Shown here in pieces: positions 1 to 13,459 of a stretch of DNA of 64,000 bases. A model generated the notes under the pieces. That model saw only the letters and a program-made list of their open reading frames with translations. It ran no database searches and had not been told where the DNA came from. The stretch is from positions 3,782,001 to 3,846,000 of the forward strand of contig OX597821.1 of the NCBI GenBank assembly GCA_951406725.2, in the 5' to 3' direction. The stretch's first letter is position 1. Each line of letters starts with the position of its first letter. Source of the DNA: Octopus vulgaris. Taxonomy: Eukaryota. A program made the position numbers and the translations under genes.

Positions 1-823
1 ACTGTGGTGTATATTTTCTCTGAGAGATTTAAATTGAATATTATTTCATAATTGGTTTTGAACAATAAGATCTGCAGTCGTAGATGTGTAATGTATACTG
101 GAGCCAGGTCTGATTTTTAACTCTGTCTTATTTGCGTAGAGATCTTACAAGTGTTTCTTTCAATAGAGATATAAATATACAGGTCTTCAGGGAGTTGAAA
201 TAACAATTTGTATGGTATAATGAATCAATATATTCGGGAGATTGTAAAAGTGGCTGAGTATCATCTAGTCTTGAATTTTAGTCCAACCCACTTCATGCCT
301 ATAAAATGTAAGTGCGTTCCTGGAGAAAGAAAGTTATTTGGTTGCTATATACTTCATTTGGAATACTAACCATTTGCAATATCATATGGCAGAATACGTT
401 ACTTTTTTTAGTTATGATTTTTCTGAAGCTGTGTATGGTTATAGACATGTTACCGTTCTTTAGCAGATCACAAAGAGTTGATATTAATACGGATGTTTGT
501 CTTTGTTTAGCATAGCATAAGAAGAATTTGGAAAATAATTTCGATCTTGTTAACTGACAAAGCTTTACATAGATTCCATTAAGCACCAGTTCAATGGACC
601 TCATACCTACACACACGCGCGCACACGCTCCCACACATGTAGAGAGAAAGACTAAAAGACAGACTGATAGATAGATTCATTAATAGAAAGATAGATAATG
701 TGTATATGTATATATAGATATGAATACATGTACACACACACGCACACGTATATATGCATACATACACAGAGACGCACACCATGAAAAACGCACACGCATA
801 TAAACGTATTTCATCATTTACGC

Positions 824-1037
824 CTTTACTTTTTTCAGTCATTTGACTGTGGCCATGCTGGAGCACAGCCTTTAGTCGAGCAAATTGACCCCAGGACATA
901 TTCTTTGTAAGCCTAGTACATATTCTATAGGTCTCTTTTGCCGAACCGCTAGGTTACGGGGTCGTAAACACACCAGCATCGGTTGTCAAGCGATGCCAGG
1001 GGGACAAATATAGACACACAAACATATACATACATAT

Positions 1038-1098
<61 letters not shown>

Positions 1099-1285
1099 AT
1101 ATTCATATACATAGACATATACATATATACGACGGGCTTCTTTCCGTTTCCGTCAACCAAATCCACTCACAAGGCTTTGGTCGGCCCGAGGCTATAGTAG
1201 AAGACACTTGCCCAAGGTGCCACTCAGTGGGACTGAATCCGAAACCATGAGGTTCGTAAGCAAGCTACTTACCACACAGCCACTC
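824..1285 (-). mobile_element. SINE family 1 (tRNA-like head, internal (TA)n/(TG)n, LINE-like 3' tail), near full length
   Basis: Reverse complement reads GAGTGGCTGTGTGGTAAGTAGCTTGCTTACGAACC...(TA)n...GCTCCAGCATGGCCACAGTCAAATGACTGAAA; colinear with the copies at 12255, 15762, 30405, 41163 and 44418. Confidence 0.9.
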
Positions 1286-2529
1286 AGCTCTATGAGATTC
1301 AATGTGCATCCAATAACAGTCTTTCGAGGAATGTGTGTAATGTCCGAATGCTAAACCATATATTCGATGACCAAAACTGTCAATATCATTAGTGAAATGC
1401 CTTGTTTTTGTTCGACTGTATATATTATGCCTTATCTTGGTTGTGTAGCCGTTTATTAATTCGTTTCAACTGACCTCTATCAGTACAGTAAAACTAAAAC
1501 AACTGTCAGTGCAATGACACGTGAGAAGAGTCAGCCAATGAATGTATAGAGTTCACTATAGTAATATTTTATTTCGAAATGGATAAGTGAACGTCCGTTA
1601 TGACTTTTCTATTGATATGTGATTATATTGTTCTCAAATGTCACACCCAATAATTTTCTTTCATCAAATATTTAACACTTACGTTCGATATTGTCTTCGT
1701 ATTTTCTGTTTTATTTCGAAAGAAAAAAAAACCGTAATTATTTTCACACATTATACTTGTATATTGCTTCGTGAAGACACTTCAAAATACAACATGATCT
1801 ACACAAATTGCCACACAGAGGTACACGTTCACATAAATTCAGGTACACAATGAGCGTAAATATAGTTAGGGTGTCCAAACAAAGACACAAATACACGCAC
1901 GCACGTACAAACATATATACGCACATACTGATGTATACACGAATATTTAAATAAATTCATGCATTTGTACAGACACATGCATAGCTGTATAAGATTTTTT
2001 GGACAGAGATGCAAAGCGCTCGATGTACGTCTGAGGTTGATAAACGTACATACTTTTATAAATCACTGTTGACAAATGGATTTACATTATCAACGAAAAA
2101 CAATATGAAAAGAAAATACCATCTCTTCATAATTCGCATACACTAAGCCTCATTTTTAGTCAAGAGATATTAGCAATAGCGGTGAAAGAATCTCTACCTG
2201 ACGAAAGGTTTTCATATATCTACGAATGAATAATGTTCGGAAAACTACTTTCGAAAACAATTACATTCAGAAAACCCACCTTTATATATATATATATATA
2301 TATATATAAATGCAGAAACTTATAGGTGCGTAAACAAGCATGGATGCATACATATATTTATGCTTATATTTGTAAATATATAAATAGCATCAGAGATGTC
2401 CTTCCCGCTTCTTGATATATATATGTTTTTTATATGAGAGTTTTAGCGTTGTGTATACATTTTATATGATGGGAAGTTGATGATAACCTTTATTATTGAT
2501 AGTAGAAGTTATAACTTCATTGTTGTTGA

Positions 2530-3070
2530 TGTTACTTGTATCCTCTCCATTCAGGATTGGTCTTATTTCTTGTAAAATTTATACAGGTAGCGGGTTACTT
2601 TATGTAACCTTAGGTAACACCTGATTTCAATAAGCCATCAAGTGATTAAAGCACTTCAGATGATCTTTCCTGTTCCCATTAGACAAACCTTTTGCCGAAG
2701 CTCTACAGGATATATAATTTTGTCCTCCTTTATACACTTGTCTACGTCATCACTCACAGTCTGTGATGCACCAATTGTAACAGGCATTATCTTTGAATAT
2801 ATCAGGTTCCAAATCCTGATAATCTCACGTTTAAAGGGGTTGTATTCTTTCTACTTTTCATCTGCTTTCTTCACAATCCTAGTACCTGATACACATGATG
2901 GATCAGTCACTGAGCAAATTCGATTTTCCAATTCAAGTAGGGATATATTTGGTTTATTTTCCAACTTCCAATCCATTTGAATGCGAATTATTCCACAAAA
3001 ACCTACATGTTTCTAACTCATGTATTCATTCTACCCGATGATTGAACTATGTACTTCCTACATGAACACC
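2530..3070 (-). mobile_element. Decayed 3' fragment of an R4/Dong-like RLE non-LTR retrotransposon (family D)
   Basis: Minus-strand translation across frameshifts gives ...LENKPNISLLELENRICSVTDPSC..TRIVKK..REIIRIWNL..IMPVTIGA..VELRQKVCLMGTGKII, which parallels the RLE C-terminus at 48909-49230. Flanked by GTT/ATT repeats. Confidence 0.7.
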
Positions 3071-3349
3071 CCATTACTATTATTATTGTTATTGTTGTTG
3101 TTGTTGTTATTGAAGTTGCTGCTGCTTCTGCTGTTGTTGTTAGTAGTGATTTTTACGTCTAGGTAACGTGTCATCCCGCCATTCTGATAGACAGTCATGG
3201 CTAGTAGTTGCCACGTAATATGCTTGAAACAGGTTTATATTGTTTATCCTTTTCATGTTGATTTGTCAGCATGATTCGCATAAATGTGAGCGAGTTGCAT
3301 ACATGAACATAGACTAGTTTTAAATTTTAGCGCAATGAGAGCAATTACA

Positions 3350-3525
3350 GTACTTAAGTCGAATGAATAAACACCATTGCACAACTGGTCCATACAGTTT
3401 CGCCTCAAAAAGGCTGAAAGGCAAAGACGATCCTGGGATTAATGTGAACTCAGATAGTAATGACGGACGAAATGCCGCGAAGGATTTTGCCCGACGTACT
3501 AACGATTGAGCCAACTTGCCGCCTT
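3350..3525 (-). mobile_element. SINE family 2, degenerate
   Basis: Reverse complement GGCGGCAAGTTGG..ATCGTTAGTACGTCGGGCAAAAT..TCTGAGTTCAC matches the family 2 head at 38497. Confidence 0.75.
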
Positions 3526-4315
3526 TCACATGAATATATATTGGAATATTAGTTTGCAATAAAGTAAATAGCCGTAAATGATATAGGTAATTGTATCATT
3601 GTGATGTATACATAATCTGCCTTGATATTTATAGACTTGGAAAATGCCAATGGAAGTGCAGTTAGTCGAAAATTCCACTTACCTGATGCCAGTAGGTTTC
3701 AGGGGTCATCAAGAGAATATGCACCGTGTCCGATCTTTTATTTCGAAGGCGCTTCAGTGCACCGGACATCTTTACTGATTCACTTATGTGAGGTCCCACC
3801 GACCGTATTCGGTATCACATCCATTATGGGATCGTCTCGTTTGTAAACAAGTTTACTTCTTTAAACCCAACGACCTTTCGATAACCTCTTCTTCTGACTT
3901 ATCCGTCTGACCTTGCTTAGGGCATTGAATCAACTGCAGTTTCCTTTATTCTATTTCTCTAGATTTAAGTGACAGTAACTGCGGCTCTGTGCACCTTCTG
4001 AGTGATCTTTGAAAATTGTTTAAATGGATTCCAACAAACACTTTTCTGATCATATTGAACGATGAACAATCGGTACTATTATAATATCAATTTCACTGCA
4101 CACCATTTTCATGTAGTTTTGACATGTGGTGGATTGTCTACCTCTTCAGAATTCATCAGCATCATGATTGTTTGCACTTTCGAGCTACATACATGTGCAC
4201 GATTGATCAAATATGTAGCTGAAGAGGATTTCGCTTTCGATATAGCACTCAATTATTATTATTTCAACGTAGAGCAAGTCATTACTAGATGTAAATTCTA
4301 TATTTTTGCCCAATG

Positions 4316-5520
4316 CGTGACGTGGCTGTGTGGTAATTAGCTTACTTACCTACCACATGGTTCCGTGTTCAGTCCCACTGCGATGTACCTTGGCCAAGTG
4401 TCTTCTACTATAGCATCGGACCGACCAAAGCCTTGTAAGTGGATTTGGTAGACGTAAACTGAAAGAAGCCCGTCGTATATATGTATATCTGTATATATAT
4501 AAAACTGAGAATGTGTGTCTGTCTGTCTGTCTGTTTCCCTAAAACTTGAGAATTATACAACCAATTTCATTCAAATTTTACACATGCCTTAACTAGGGTC
4601 CATGTAGTTTCATGGGCAAAAAAATGTTCAACTTCTTGCCTAGAGCGAGCCCATAGCAATATCATATCTTCTCCACTGTTTCAGTATTACGTGTTAAAAT
4701 TGACACAAAAACATTTCTGTAATTTATGTCAGATACTTTCACTTTAACAATAAAATAATAAGAACAATTGAATTATGTGTAGTAAGTATTAATTAAAATC
4801 AAACTAAAGTATAATATAATCGTAACATAACAAAAGTAAAAATAGCAATTGGTATAAAATTGCATCAATGACTTGAACTTGAATAAGTGGTTCACATGAA
4901 TGGGAATAAATTAAAATTAAAATTAGCGTGCAGAAATGGAATAGTCCAGATGGATAATAAAAATTTAAAGTAAAGAAAAGACTATTGTCTATAAAGTATA
5001 CAATGTAGAGAAAAAAGAGGATTTGAACACCTGGAGGAAAGCACCACCGAAAAGTGTCCTGGTGCGACTATGAAAGATATCTAACCAGAGGCGGTAAATT
5101 CGCCACAATAGAAGCAAGGTTCGAGTCAACGGAGCGTGCAATGGAGTACTCGACTCGAACATGCAAAGTGGAAATATTTTATTTTTACCTTTATATTTGG
5201 GACGTCGGACGTGCCGGATAAAAATTTAAAATGTCCCCATCTCAGAAGTTGAGGTAGGCTGGATTGTAGCCACACTTGTATACAAGAGGGAGGACAAAAT
5301 ACAATTGAAATTTCAAGAGACGGGCTTACAATTCCAGTCTGTTATATATTTTGAGTATTGTTATCACTAGCGATATCAAAATATAACTTTGTATTTTGTA
5401 TTTTGTGTAGATGTATATATATAGATGTACATGTAATATGTACACATGTATATATACACATATATACATGCACTAGCATTATGACCCGTCGTTGCCGGGT
5501 CATAATGCTAGTATATATAA

Positions 5521-5552
<32 letters not shown>

Positions 5553-5754
5553 TCATGCATCTGTTTTTGTCCCCCCAACATCGCTTGACAACAGATGCTG
5601 GTGTGTTTACGTCCCCTAACTTAGCGGTTCGGCAAACGAGACCGATAGAATAAGTACTAGGCTTACAACGAATAAGTACTGCGGTCGATTTACTCGACTA
5701 AAGGCGGTGCTCCAGCATGGCCGTAGTCAATTGACTGAAACAAGTAAAAGAGTA
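4316..5754 (+). mobile_element. SINE family 1 split by a ~1 kb insertion (5' half 4316-4487, 3' half 5512-5754)
   Basis: The head GTGGCTGTGTGGTAA..GTTCAGTCCCACTGCG..GAAGCCCGTCGTATA and the tail ..CCCCCAACATCGCTTGACAAC..GGTGCTCCAGCATGGCC..GACTGAAACAAGTAAAAGAG flank an insertion in the central (TA)n. Confidence 0.85.
4488..5511 (+). mobile_element. Non-autonomous Helitron-like element, possibly carrying a captured or nested internal segment
   Basis: Starts A|TCTGTATATATATAAAACTGAG followed by (TCTG)n; ends with a GC-rich hairpin and CTAG|T with no TSD. These are canonical Helitron termini. The 5' end resembles that of 58581-60040. Confidence 0.65.
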
Positions 5755-6047
5755 ATGATCTCTACTCGAGAAAGCAAATTTGTAAGATCCCCAAGAAATA
5801 AATTTGCTTTATTATGTCACGTAACATAGTTATCGAATGCAGGAAACTAATTTTCCATCTATTTTAATCTGTTCGCCTGATTTCTTCTGGCTTCAACATT
5901 TTCCTTGCAGTTAATGCAGTTACCAGGGTCGATAAAATCAGAATGAGTTCAGCATTGGGTCACACTCCCCCAAAATTTCAACCGGCGTGAGAATTATTAT
6001 TATTGATGACAACAACTTTAATGATAATAATACCAACAACAATAACA

Positions 6048-6139
<92 letters not shown>

Positions 6140-6140
<1 letters not shown>

Positions 6141-6667
6141 TGCCAACACTTTGGAATAATAACAGAAAAAAATGGTATAAGCACACGCCAGAAAAGAACA
6201 CAGAAAACGAGAAAGCAACCATACTATGGGATATGTCAAAGCACACAGATTGAGAAATTAAGGCCAATAGACCAGATATAGTTATCATAGATCATGAAGA
6301 AAAATTGTTTTCTAATTGATGTATCAATACCAGCAGATGACAACGTTTCTCTAAAAGAAATGGAGAAACTTTCAAAATACAAAGACCTAGAAATAGAGGT
6401 AACATGAATGTGGAATCAAAAAACAGAAACAATTCCGATCATGGTGGGCGCATTAAGCATGATAAAAAATATTTAGACAAAGACATAACAAAAACACCAG
6501 GACTCACGAATATATATAACATACAGAATATTGCACTACTGGGCATTGCACACTTTCAATACAGTAACCATAAGAGCATCTCAGAAAACCACAGCATATA
6601 ACCAAGGTACACACAGCTGCGCTCGGCAGTGAAGTGAAAGCAAGTTATAAAAATAAAACTGCTGAAA
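6140..6667 (+). mobile_element. 5'-truncated R4/Dong-like RLE retrotransposon (family A) inside (AAT)n
   Basis: KWYKHTPEK..ENEKATILWD..IKANRPDIV..LIDVSIPADDNVSLKEMEKLSKYKDLEIEV (PD-(D/E)xK RLE motif) with stops and frameshifts, then a 3'UTR ending in (AAT)n. Close match to 48803-49350. Confidence 0.9.
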
Positions 6668-6686
6668 AATAATAATGATAACAATG

Positions 6687-6747
<61 letters not shown>

Positions 6748-6764
6748 CAACAACAACAACAAGT

Positions 6765-6836
<72 letters not shown>

Positions 6837-6837
6837 T

Positions 6838-7090
6838 TGAATGCCCTTATAGTACCAGGCAGTTGCTCTCATTTTTGCTTGTCTTAAATGAATGGAAGTG
6901 TTAGCATTATTTTGTCTTGTTATGAAAGATGGTCTACTGCAAATATTCTGCTCAAAACTACAGGCTGCTTGTAAGTTGCTTGACTCGAACCAGAGTCTGA
7001 CGATATGTGCATCTCTAATCATGAGCAGAAGTAGTTTGGGAGCGTCTAAGCCGTATGTTGAGGGTTTTGGATAATTCACCTCTGCAAACT
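6838..7090 (+). mobile_element. Fragment of a microsatellite-embedded dispersed repeat (same family as 42545-43008)
   Basis: TTTTGTCTTG.TATGA.AGATGG..CTAC.GCAAATATTCTGCT...CTGACGATATGTGCATCTCT...AGCAGAAGTAGT..GGAGC is shared with 42547-42725; follows an (AGT)n tract. Confidence 0.7.
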
Positions 7091-7896
7091 TGTGAGAAAA
7101 CTTTAATTTTAGATTTTAATTACATATACGTATACATCCATATATATAAAAGACCTCTCGATATATACACATTGATGTTACTTCTCGGTCTCTCACTGAT
7201 ACATCAATAATCATTGTAACTACGAATGAAACATAAACACATGTCCATGGGCGGAGTGCACTTACAAAAAGTTATCGCTTTAAACACGAACCCATAAGAA
7301 AACCAACCAGAAGAGAAAGAAAGAGAAATAATGATGATGATGATGATGATGATGATGATGTGTTCTGGCAGAATCGTTTGCATTCCAGCCAAAATTCTTG
7401 TCGGCATTTCGTCCGCCATTACATCCACCTAGATATACTTCACCATCTCTTCTTTCAGGATCGATGAAATAATTATCAGTTGAGCATTAAGATGGGGGTC
7501 CATGATACGTTCAAGACTATTTTTCCCATAATTTCATGTCTTGCTCCAAAGAAAAAACAATACGCAATGCTTCAAGCGAACAACAATACTCTCCTATCTC
7601 TTGTACCATTCAAATCATTTTATTCTTTAGAAAGAAAGAAAGTTTTATCATCGAAATTAATGCTGCACTAGATTGCATCAGTATGTAGTGCAAGTTAAAC
7701 AATTGTAGTGAAACATATTCGGTCTCGAATTCTTTTCCATTTTAAATCGATTAATAACATCAATAGTACAGCTTTATGCAATAATTTGTTATATGAATAA
7801 TAAGAAATATTTCATTGTACACTATACACGTTTCCGTAGATATTACTGTGTATTTTCGTGATAAGGGTACAAATTTCTGCATTGCTACACCAACTA

Positions 7897-8120
7897 TGGT
7901 GGTGAGCTAGTAGAATCGTTACTATGCTAGACAAAATAATTAGCGGCATTTCTTCCGGCATTTCTTCCGGCATATCTTCCGGCATATTAGATTCTGTATT
8001 CAGGTCGACTTTGTCGTTCATCCTTTCGGGTGGGATAAAATAGCACCAGAGTAATTCAGCCGGTTCATAAAATCGACTCACCCCATCCTTGAAAAATGCT
8101 AGTGTATAACAAAATTAGCA
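7897..8120 (+). mobile_element. SINE family 2, degenerate, with an internal 12-bp tandem (CGGCATTTCTTC)
   Basis: GGTGGTGAGCTAGTAGAATCGTTA..GGTCGACTTTG..TTCATCCTTTCGGG matches family 2. Confidence 0.75.
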
Positions 8121-8911
8121 AATGTTATTACTCCGTCTACAAAACAACTACAGTCAGTCAAATGTCTCCGGATGGCTGGAATACTTTTGAGATATGCAAA
8201 AACCTGAAAGACCGGATGATTGTAGTTATAATCACTTGGAGGGAAGTTCGGTTCAATAAGAATTAACAGGAACGAAATAAAACACTAAAAATTTAATTTT
8301 CATTTTCCAAATTATCCCTCTGTACGTGGCATCGATAACGTGTCCTTCAATAAGTATGTAGCTTTCCATATGTTATGCCGAGCTTAACTTTCTAGCCTAT
8401 ACTCAGCAGCAAATGTTTGTAAATCGTGAATTACAATGTTTAATGATTCTTCCATTTATAAAAATGCAGGGTACTTTGATAGTGACACTCGACTGATATT
8501 TAGCAGATAGACGGGCTATATAGAAACTCTTGTGCTGCAGTGTTTTGTACAGGTATACATCTATCGTTACGTATATATTTGTATTTAATTGTTTTAGATC
8601 AAACAAAGTGAATTGTTAACTTTAGATTAGATTAATTTATTTCCTTTCGATTCCCTCCCCACAAACGTTAATTACATTACATTTTCAAGTAGTTGACTAA
8701 CTGTTTTGTATAGTATTCTATACCGCCATTTGATAGACTTTAAATATAACGATGTTTTATACCCAACAAATGAACTGGAATATCTATTTACCTCATCTAC
8801 TTTCCACACTGTTTGGTAATAATTCCGTCATTGTAGAGAATAGGGTAAATTTTAGCTAAGTTTTTATATCTACCGTCTATGTATATATATATAAATATAT
8901 ATATATATATA

Positions 8912-9300
8912 AGTAATCAAAGGACATACTAGGTATGTCAACCTGCTTGAAATAACAGTCAAAACTCTTATTAAATTGCCAAAAAATACACCGGTGAAAA
9001 ACTACAGAAACCAAACGAAGGCAAAATCAAGTTAAGATAATCTACTAACATACATTGAAGTATTAGGACTCACGTGGATCGATTTCTGCATTGGTAAAGA
9101 TCTTAGCTTCTTCAGCACGTGTTACCATTATTAGAGACTCCCAACCCATCGCCTCGAAGTCTGTCCTGCAACTGAATTCGTTTCGCGACGAAATCATAAC
9201 AGCCACCGGTGTAAATTAATCTCGATACAATTTACGAGAAAAATAATTCACCAAAAATTAATTTACGAATGTTTCATTAATTCTATTATTATCCAATATA
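8912..9300 (-). mobile_element. Penelope-like terminal fragment with a hammerhead-like motif at 9071-9121
   Basis: Minus strand reads CACGTG-CTGAAGA-(weak stem II)-GAAA-TCGA-TC-CACGTG; abuts (TA)n. Confidence 0.45.
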
Positions 9301-9338
9301 ACACTTTCAAAAATAATAATAATAATGATATATATATC

Positions 9339-9403
<65 letters not shown>

Positions 9404-9793
9404 TTCCTTTTCTCTCTCTCTCTCTCTTCTTCTTCTGTAACTATTTATAATTTGCTCTTTTTTATTCTTAGTCTCGCAATATGGAGAAAATGAAGACTTC
9501 ATTGTATTTATGATTTGGTTCGCATTAAAATGAATGGGATTCGAGCGTTTTTAAGTTATTGTCATTGTTGAAATGTGGAAAAATAATCTTGAATATAAAC
9601 AAGTGATGTAATGGAAATTTAAATACCCTCCATGTGTATGTTGGCGTATATGTAATGGCATATATTGTTATAGGAATATATATTAATATACGTTAGCGAA
9701 TTGCAATTACTAAAAATGATGTTATAAATAAATTAGAATACGTGCAATCGCGAACACACCTCGTACATATACGCCAGCGCACAAACATAAATA

Positions 9794-10359
9794 TTGGGTT
9801 GTCCAGAAAGTTTGTGCCGATTTTTAAAGGAAAGAAAAGGGTCAATAAATACTTGACATTACATTTTAAATCAACCAAATATGAACCATTTTGTTGCACA
9901 ATGCGTCCCCATCTTTCCTTCAACTTGAAAATACCCTCTTCCCAGAATTGAGGTGGTTTCATGGCAAAGAATTCATCAAGGTATCATTTTGCATCATCCA
10001 AGGAATTGAAATTTTCACCATTAAAACAATTCGGCAGAGACCTGAATAAGTGGAAATCCGAAGGAGCAATATCTGGTAAATATGGAGGGTGGGGTAACAC
10101 ATCCCATCCGAGCTGCAGCAATTTTTGTCTGGTTCCCAAAACATCAGTGGCTGAAAATGAACTCTCTTATCTTCCATTTTAAAGGGTTACAGAATTAACA
10201 CAGGTTATAGGAATATAAAACTTCTTCCAAGAAAAGATAGCGTAAACTATGCTCTAAATGGAGGTGTAGTCAAATCCTATTTTATGGACTCAACCGTGTT
10301 CTAAAATAAGTCGAAATTTAAGCTACTATAATTTGGCACGAACTTTCCGGACAACCCAA
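9794..10359 (-). mobile_element. Internally deleted mariner (non-autonomous)
   Basis: ~28-bp TIRs TTGGGTTGTCCAGAAAGTTTGTGCCGA / TTGGCACGAACTTTCCGGACAACCCAA flanked by TA. Minus strand encodes the N-terminus MEDKRVHF fused to the C-terminus WDVLPHPPYLPDIAPSDFHLFRSL..FWEEGIFKLKERWGRIVQQNGSY (YSPDLAP-type motif). Confidence 0.93.
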
Positions 10360-11331
10360 TACTAACACAACAACAAAACATAGACGCCATAGTAACTTAA
10401 AATACTATACTCATTCGCATACATACACACACCCCATCTACGCATACACGCTCGTAAACAAAATCGTACATAGATGGTCACATATTCATAACTACACACA
10501 ATTCCTGAAATTTGTCAACAACAACTGCAATACTTTAAGTCAAGTTGAAATTCTTGATGGAACGCAAAACTTCGTAGTCCGTTATTTACCTTTATGCAGC
10601 GAAGCGATTGTGTAAACATGTTGGCATTTCTATGACCGTATACAGAAAAATACTTACGTTATTATAAATGTGGCATGTCAAACAGCATTTCATTTCATGG
10701 AATATATTTCTCCCAGACTGATGGCATTTGAGATTGTTTATCTCCTTCAGTTGTCATTTATAATCATCTCGACGCATTTTACCTGTATTTTCGATTTACC
10801 ATCTTACTGTATATACATATTTCTTCCTGTAGGCTGATTTCGACAAGTCCTGAGCTTAAGTCACGTTATATTGCAATAATTTTGTCTCTGCTTTTATGAG
10901 ATTAGGTATGGTCTTAGTTAACAGCATTCCATTCGGAGATTATCTGTCAAACTGTGAACAACCTTTGTCATTTCTATATCCATAACCAGAATTAAAATTT
11001 AACAACTATATGTCGGACACCGGAAAGCGTCAACACCGACAAACGATGAAAGTGTCAGAGACGAATCCTGCACCCCGACGCTCCATCAACGAGTGTGTTT
11101 TCAGTGGTAACATTATCTACTAGAATTAAACCTTTAATTAAGAAATATGTGATAGCTATCACATAATGGGAAATGGATCTATGGATCGAATGCCATTAAA
11201 TCTTCGAGCACATGACTCGATATGGCATACTGTTAAAAATATGAAAAATTACGACTGCTATTCCAAAATTATCAAATATGAGTAACATTGGTGGTGACAA
11301 AAAGCTACTGGGCCGCTTCTGTAGCGAGAAA

Positions 11332-11515
11332 ATTCCCGTCTACTATGGTCTATGTGCCTGTTTTATGGTCCAAGTACCTATGTGAGTGGACTTCTAAAAT
11401 CTAATAATGCGTATTCTGTGTACTAAGAAGATATCCATTTTAAGTTCGATATACTGATTACCTTTTGGTACTGAAGCTACTAATGTCGCTATACATACAT
11501 ACGTAGTTACAGACA
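11332..11515 (+). repeat. ~170-bp direct repeat, copy 1 (copy 2 at 13924-14085)
   Basis: ATTCCCGTCTACTATGGTC...GTGAGTGGACTTCT...TATTCTGTGTACTAAGAAGATATCCA.TTTAAGTT.GATATACT is present at both sites. Confidence 0.85.
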
Positions 11516-11629
11516 CACGCGCACACACACGCGCACACACACGCACACACACTCGTACACACATGCATACGTCTATATCTATATATTGCGCGCACAATGT
11601 GAGCTGCAGTGTCCTTCATAAAGCAGTGT

Positions 11630-12168
11630 GGCGAGGCGAGTGACATCGCTTTATTTAATTTGCAAGTTGGGAAATTTGGATTTTGTGGAACACGGTCGCT
11701 CCAAAACGGAAGATGGTCCGTGGAAGACGATAAGCGATCTGAAAAGTGTTACGTGCTTTAGCCCGAATATGTGGATTTCTTAAATCAAGAATTCGTCCCT
11801 TACGGCCACACGATCAATCAAAATTTCTCCTACGACGGTTCGAAGCGTCTGAGGTAGGACAGAATCTGTGTAGCGCAACGAATTGGATTCTTCACGGAGC
11901 TCTCTTCCCTTGTGAGTTTCTCGCCAAAATCAACATCCTATCGCTTCCATACCCACACTAACCACCACATTTCACAGTCAAGACGAAAAGTCAGCTTAAA
12001 TATCCCCTTTGTCGAGATCGCTGAAGGATTCCAAGCGAGGCAGGAACGCTGGGATCGGTGTATTGCTGCGCATGGCAACTTTTTCGAAAGAAATTATGAT
12101 AAAACTCAGGTAAAGAAGATATATTTTATTAAACATTACTAATCCGGAAACATTATGATACCACCTTG
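11630..12168 (+). mobile_element. Degenerate, internally deleted mariner transposase remnant
   Basis: Fragments QNGRWSVEDDKRS, EFVPYGHTINQ, NWILH, EFLAKINILSLPYPH and FQARQERWDRCIAAHGNFFE occur in mariner order. Confidence 0.75.
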
Positions 12169-12254
12169 CAGATAGCATTTTGATCGAAACAGCGTTACTC
12201 CTTTTATGCAGATCTAAAAGAAATTAAAATTTTCGCATAACCAGTAAAGAGACT

Positions 12255-12464
12255 AGGAGTGGCTGTGTCATAGGCGTAGGAGTGGCTGTGTGTAGGCGTA
12301 GGAGTGGCTGTGTGGTAAGTACCGTGCGTACCAACCACATGGTTCCGGGTTCAGTCCACTGCGTGGCACTTTAGGCAAGTGTCTATTACTATAGCCTAGG
12401 GCCGACCAAATCCTTGTAAGTGGATTTGGTCGGCGGAAAGTGAAAGAAGCCCGTCGTATATCTG

Positions 12465-12505
<41 letters not shown>

Positions 12506-12747
12506 ATGTATTTATCTATGTATGTACGAGTGTGCTTGTGTGTCTGTTTGTCCCCCAACCAACGATTGACAACCGGCGCTGGTGTGTTTACGTCTCCGTA
12601 ACCTAGTGGTTCGGCAAAAGAAAACGATAGAATAAGTACTAGGGTTGCAAAGAATAAGTCCTGGGGTCGATTTGCTCGACTGAAGGTGGTGCTCCAGCAT
12701 GACCACAGTCAAATGACTGAAACAGGTAAAAAGAGTAAAAGAGAGTA
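12255..12747 (+). mobile_element. SINE family 1, full length, with a triplicated 5' end
   Basis: (TAGGAGTGGCTGTGT)x3, then head, (TA)n(TG)n, and a tail ending GACTGAAACAGGTAAAAGAGTAAAAGAG. Confidence 0.92.
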
Positions 12748-13459
12748 ACATATGTTATTTATAGATTATATATCTCATCAAAAAGGAAAAATGATTGATA
12801 ATTTAGTCAGGAATTGCTGAGAGTTAATTCGAATATAGAAAAGGAATATTTCAAAGAAAAACAGCAGTCATTCGTCTTCCGGTTTTTACTTTAGACTTCT
12901 ACACCGGGGTACATTGTACTGAATGCCACTGTCTTCATCCAGTTGTTCACATGTGAAATAAGAATAATTGCAAGTATTAATACGACTATCTATAAGAGAC
13001 GATACTAATTCATCGATCCTAACAAATGAATATCAGAAGCTTAGACACTACTAATGATTCGAACTAACATAAAAATTTGCCCCCCAGCTTGTGTGATATG
13101 CAATATCCAATTACTTGTCATCAAGGCTTCATAGGTCTGTGTGTATGTATATATATGTGTGTATGTGTGTGTGTAAAAGACAGCAAGCATAACATATGAC
13201 ATACACAGACACACACACACACACATATATATATGTGTGCGTGTGTGTGTGTATAATTATAGGTAGAGTTTACGAAAAAGCAAAATACGAAGACAGTTGG
13301 TGCACAAAACAAACAGATGTATTAGTATAACGCTCAGGAATAGAAAATGTATTTTACGTTTCGAGCCTACGCTCTTCTACAGAAAAAACAAGGAGCGAAA
13401 TGAGGTGGGAAAAATGTGTGTAGTGGCTAACGATCTATCATGCATGACTATATATATAT

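Noticed and set aside
1-590. RT remnant on the minus strand (MKWVGLKFK resembling WxGLxF)
   Set aside because: Too degenerate to support without a profile search.
10820-10912. Candidate AG..GT-bounded exon
   Set aside because: Stop codons in all three frames.
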